NCBI RefSeq assembly: GCF_009914755.1
Contig: NC_060933.1
DNA length: 64,000 nt
Strand: one strand, 5' to 3'
Source of the DNA: the human T2T-CHM13v2.0 reference genome, Homo sapiens
The notes below the pieces were generated by a model. It was not told where the DNA came from and ran no database searches. It saw nothing but the letters and a program-made list of their open reading frames with translations. A program made the position numbers and the translations under genes. The first letter of the stretch is position 1. Every line of letters begins with the position of its first letter. Positions 63,038-64,000 of the stretch are shown here, in pieces.

Positions 63038-64000
63038 CCATTGACAGTTTTTTAAAAAGCAGCAATAGGACATCATTTTTGATACAGAGAATGATTTGGA
63101 GCAGGGAAAATGGAGATGAAGGGACCTGTTAGGAGGCTAGCGTAGCAATCTAGGCTGGAGTCTATGCCATACCATCTGAATACATTCACAAGATCTTGAA
63201 AGCTAAGCAGAGTCAGCCCTGGTTAACACTTGGATAGGAGTGATCCAGGTTGGAAACGTTTATGGCCTGTAGTTAACATGCTGGATGTGGAAATGAAAGA
63301 TAGATGGATCAGTTTTGAAGGTAGAAGCAGCAGCATTTTCTAATGGATTGGATAATTCCCAGGCTTTTGGCTCAAGTAAGTAAGTGGCTAGATGGTGATA
63401 TCATTTATAAAAATGAAGAATTCAGAGTTTTATTTAGGACATATTCAGTTTGAAATGTCTGTGAGACAACTAAGTGGAGGTGGCATAGAGTCAGAAATGT
63501 GAGTCTGGAATTTAAAGAGATCTGGACTAGTCATACAAATTTTATGCTCAGTCACATCAGCATAAAAATGACATTAAATTGCATGGGAATCAGCTCACTC
63601 AGGCAGTGGTTGGGAGACGAAAGAAAAGCAGTCCGCTAAGGAAGCTGAGAAAGAGAGGCCAGCAAGGTAGGAGAAAACCAGGAAATAGTGGGAAATAGCC
63701 CAGAGAAGTTTTCAAGAGAGGAAGTGGTCAACTCTGTTGAATGTTGCTGAGATATGAAGTGAGAAGCAGAGAAGTGCTTTAGATTGGCAACAGGTGATAA
63801 TGATCTTGACAGGAGTAGTTAAGGAATAGTGGGGACAGATGCTAGATTATAATGGCTTGAAGAGTGAATAGGAGAGAGACATTTGGCTGGAGATTTGAAA
63901 TTTTTTCCCATAATGTCTCTTGTAGTACTTAATAAATCATTTTTTTAAAAAGATCAAAAATTAAAACTGAAAAATTCACCAGTGGCTTCCAGACCAGGAA

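Overview
Primate (almost certainly human) genomic DNA at the head-to-head C5 / CNTRL locus (human 9q33). Minus strand: complement C5 exons 1-3 (ATG at 8374), plus a phase-compatible alternative first exon in the CpG island (32861-32943) that replaces the signal peptide. Plus strand: CNTRL (centriolin) with a non-coding exon 1 in the same CpG island, a probable Alu-derived 5'UTR exon, and five coding exons (46434-56600) encoding the N-terminal LRR region. The rest is dense in Alu, L1, L2, MIR, LTR and DNA-transposon relics. Most notable unexplained structures: (1) a chain of phase-consistent, splice-site-bounded relic exons (16018-20041, minus strand) spelling a basic ~124-aa protein broken by two TGA codons and an Alu, a candidate lost gene between C5 and CNTRL; (2) the signal-peptide-less C5 first exon; (3) a ~150-bp near-perfect inverted duplication in a CNTRL intron; (4) a tailless 5'-half tRNA-Cys retrocopy; (5) an old ~200-bp duplicated non-coding module 20 kb apart. 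All calls were made by eye. Repeat boundaries and subfamilies are approximate.
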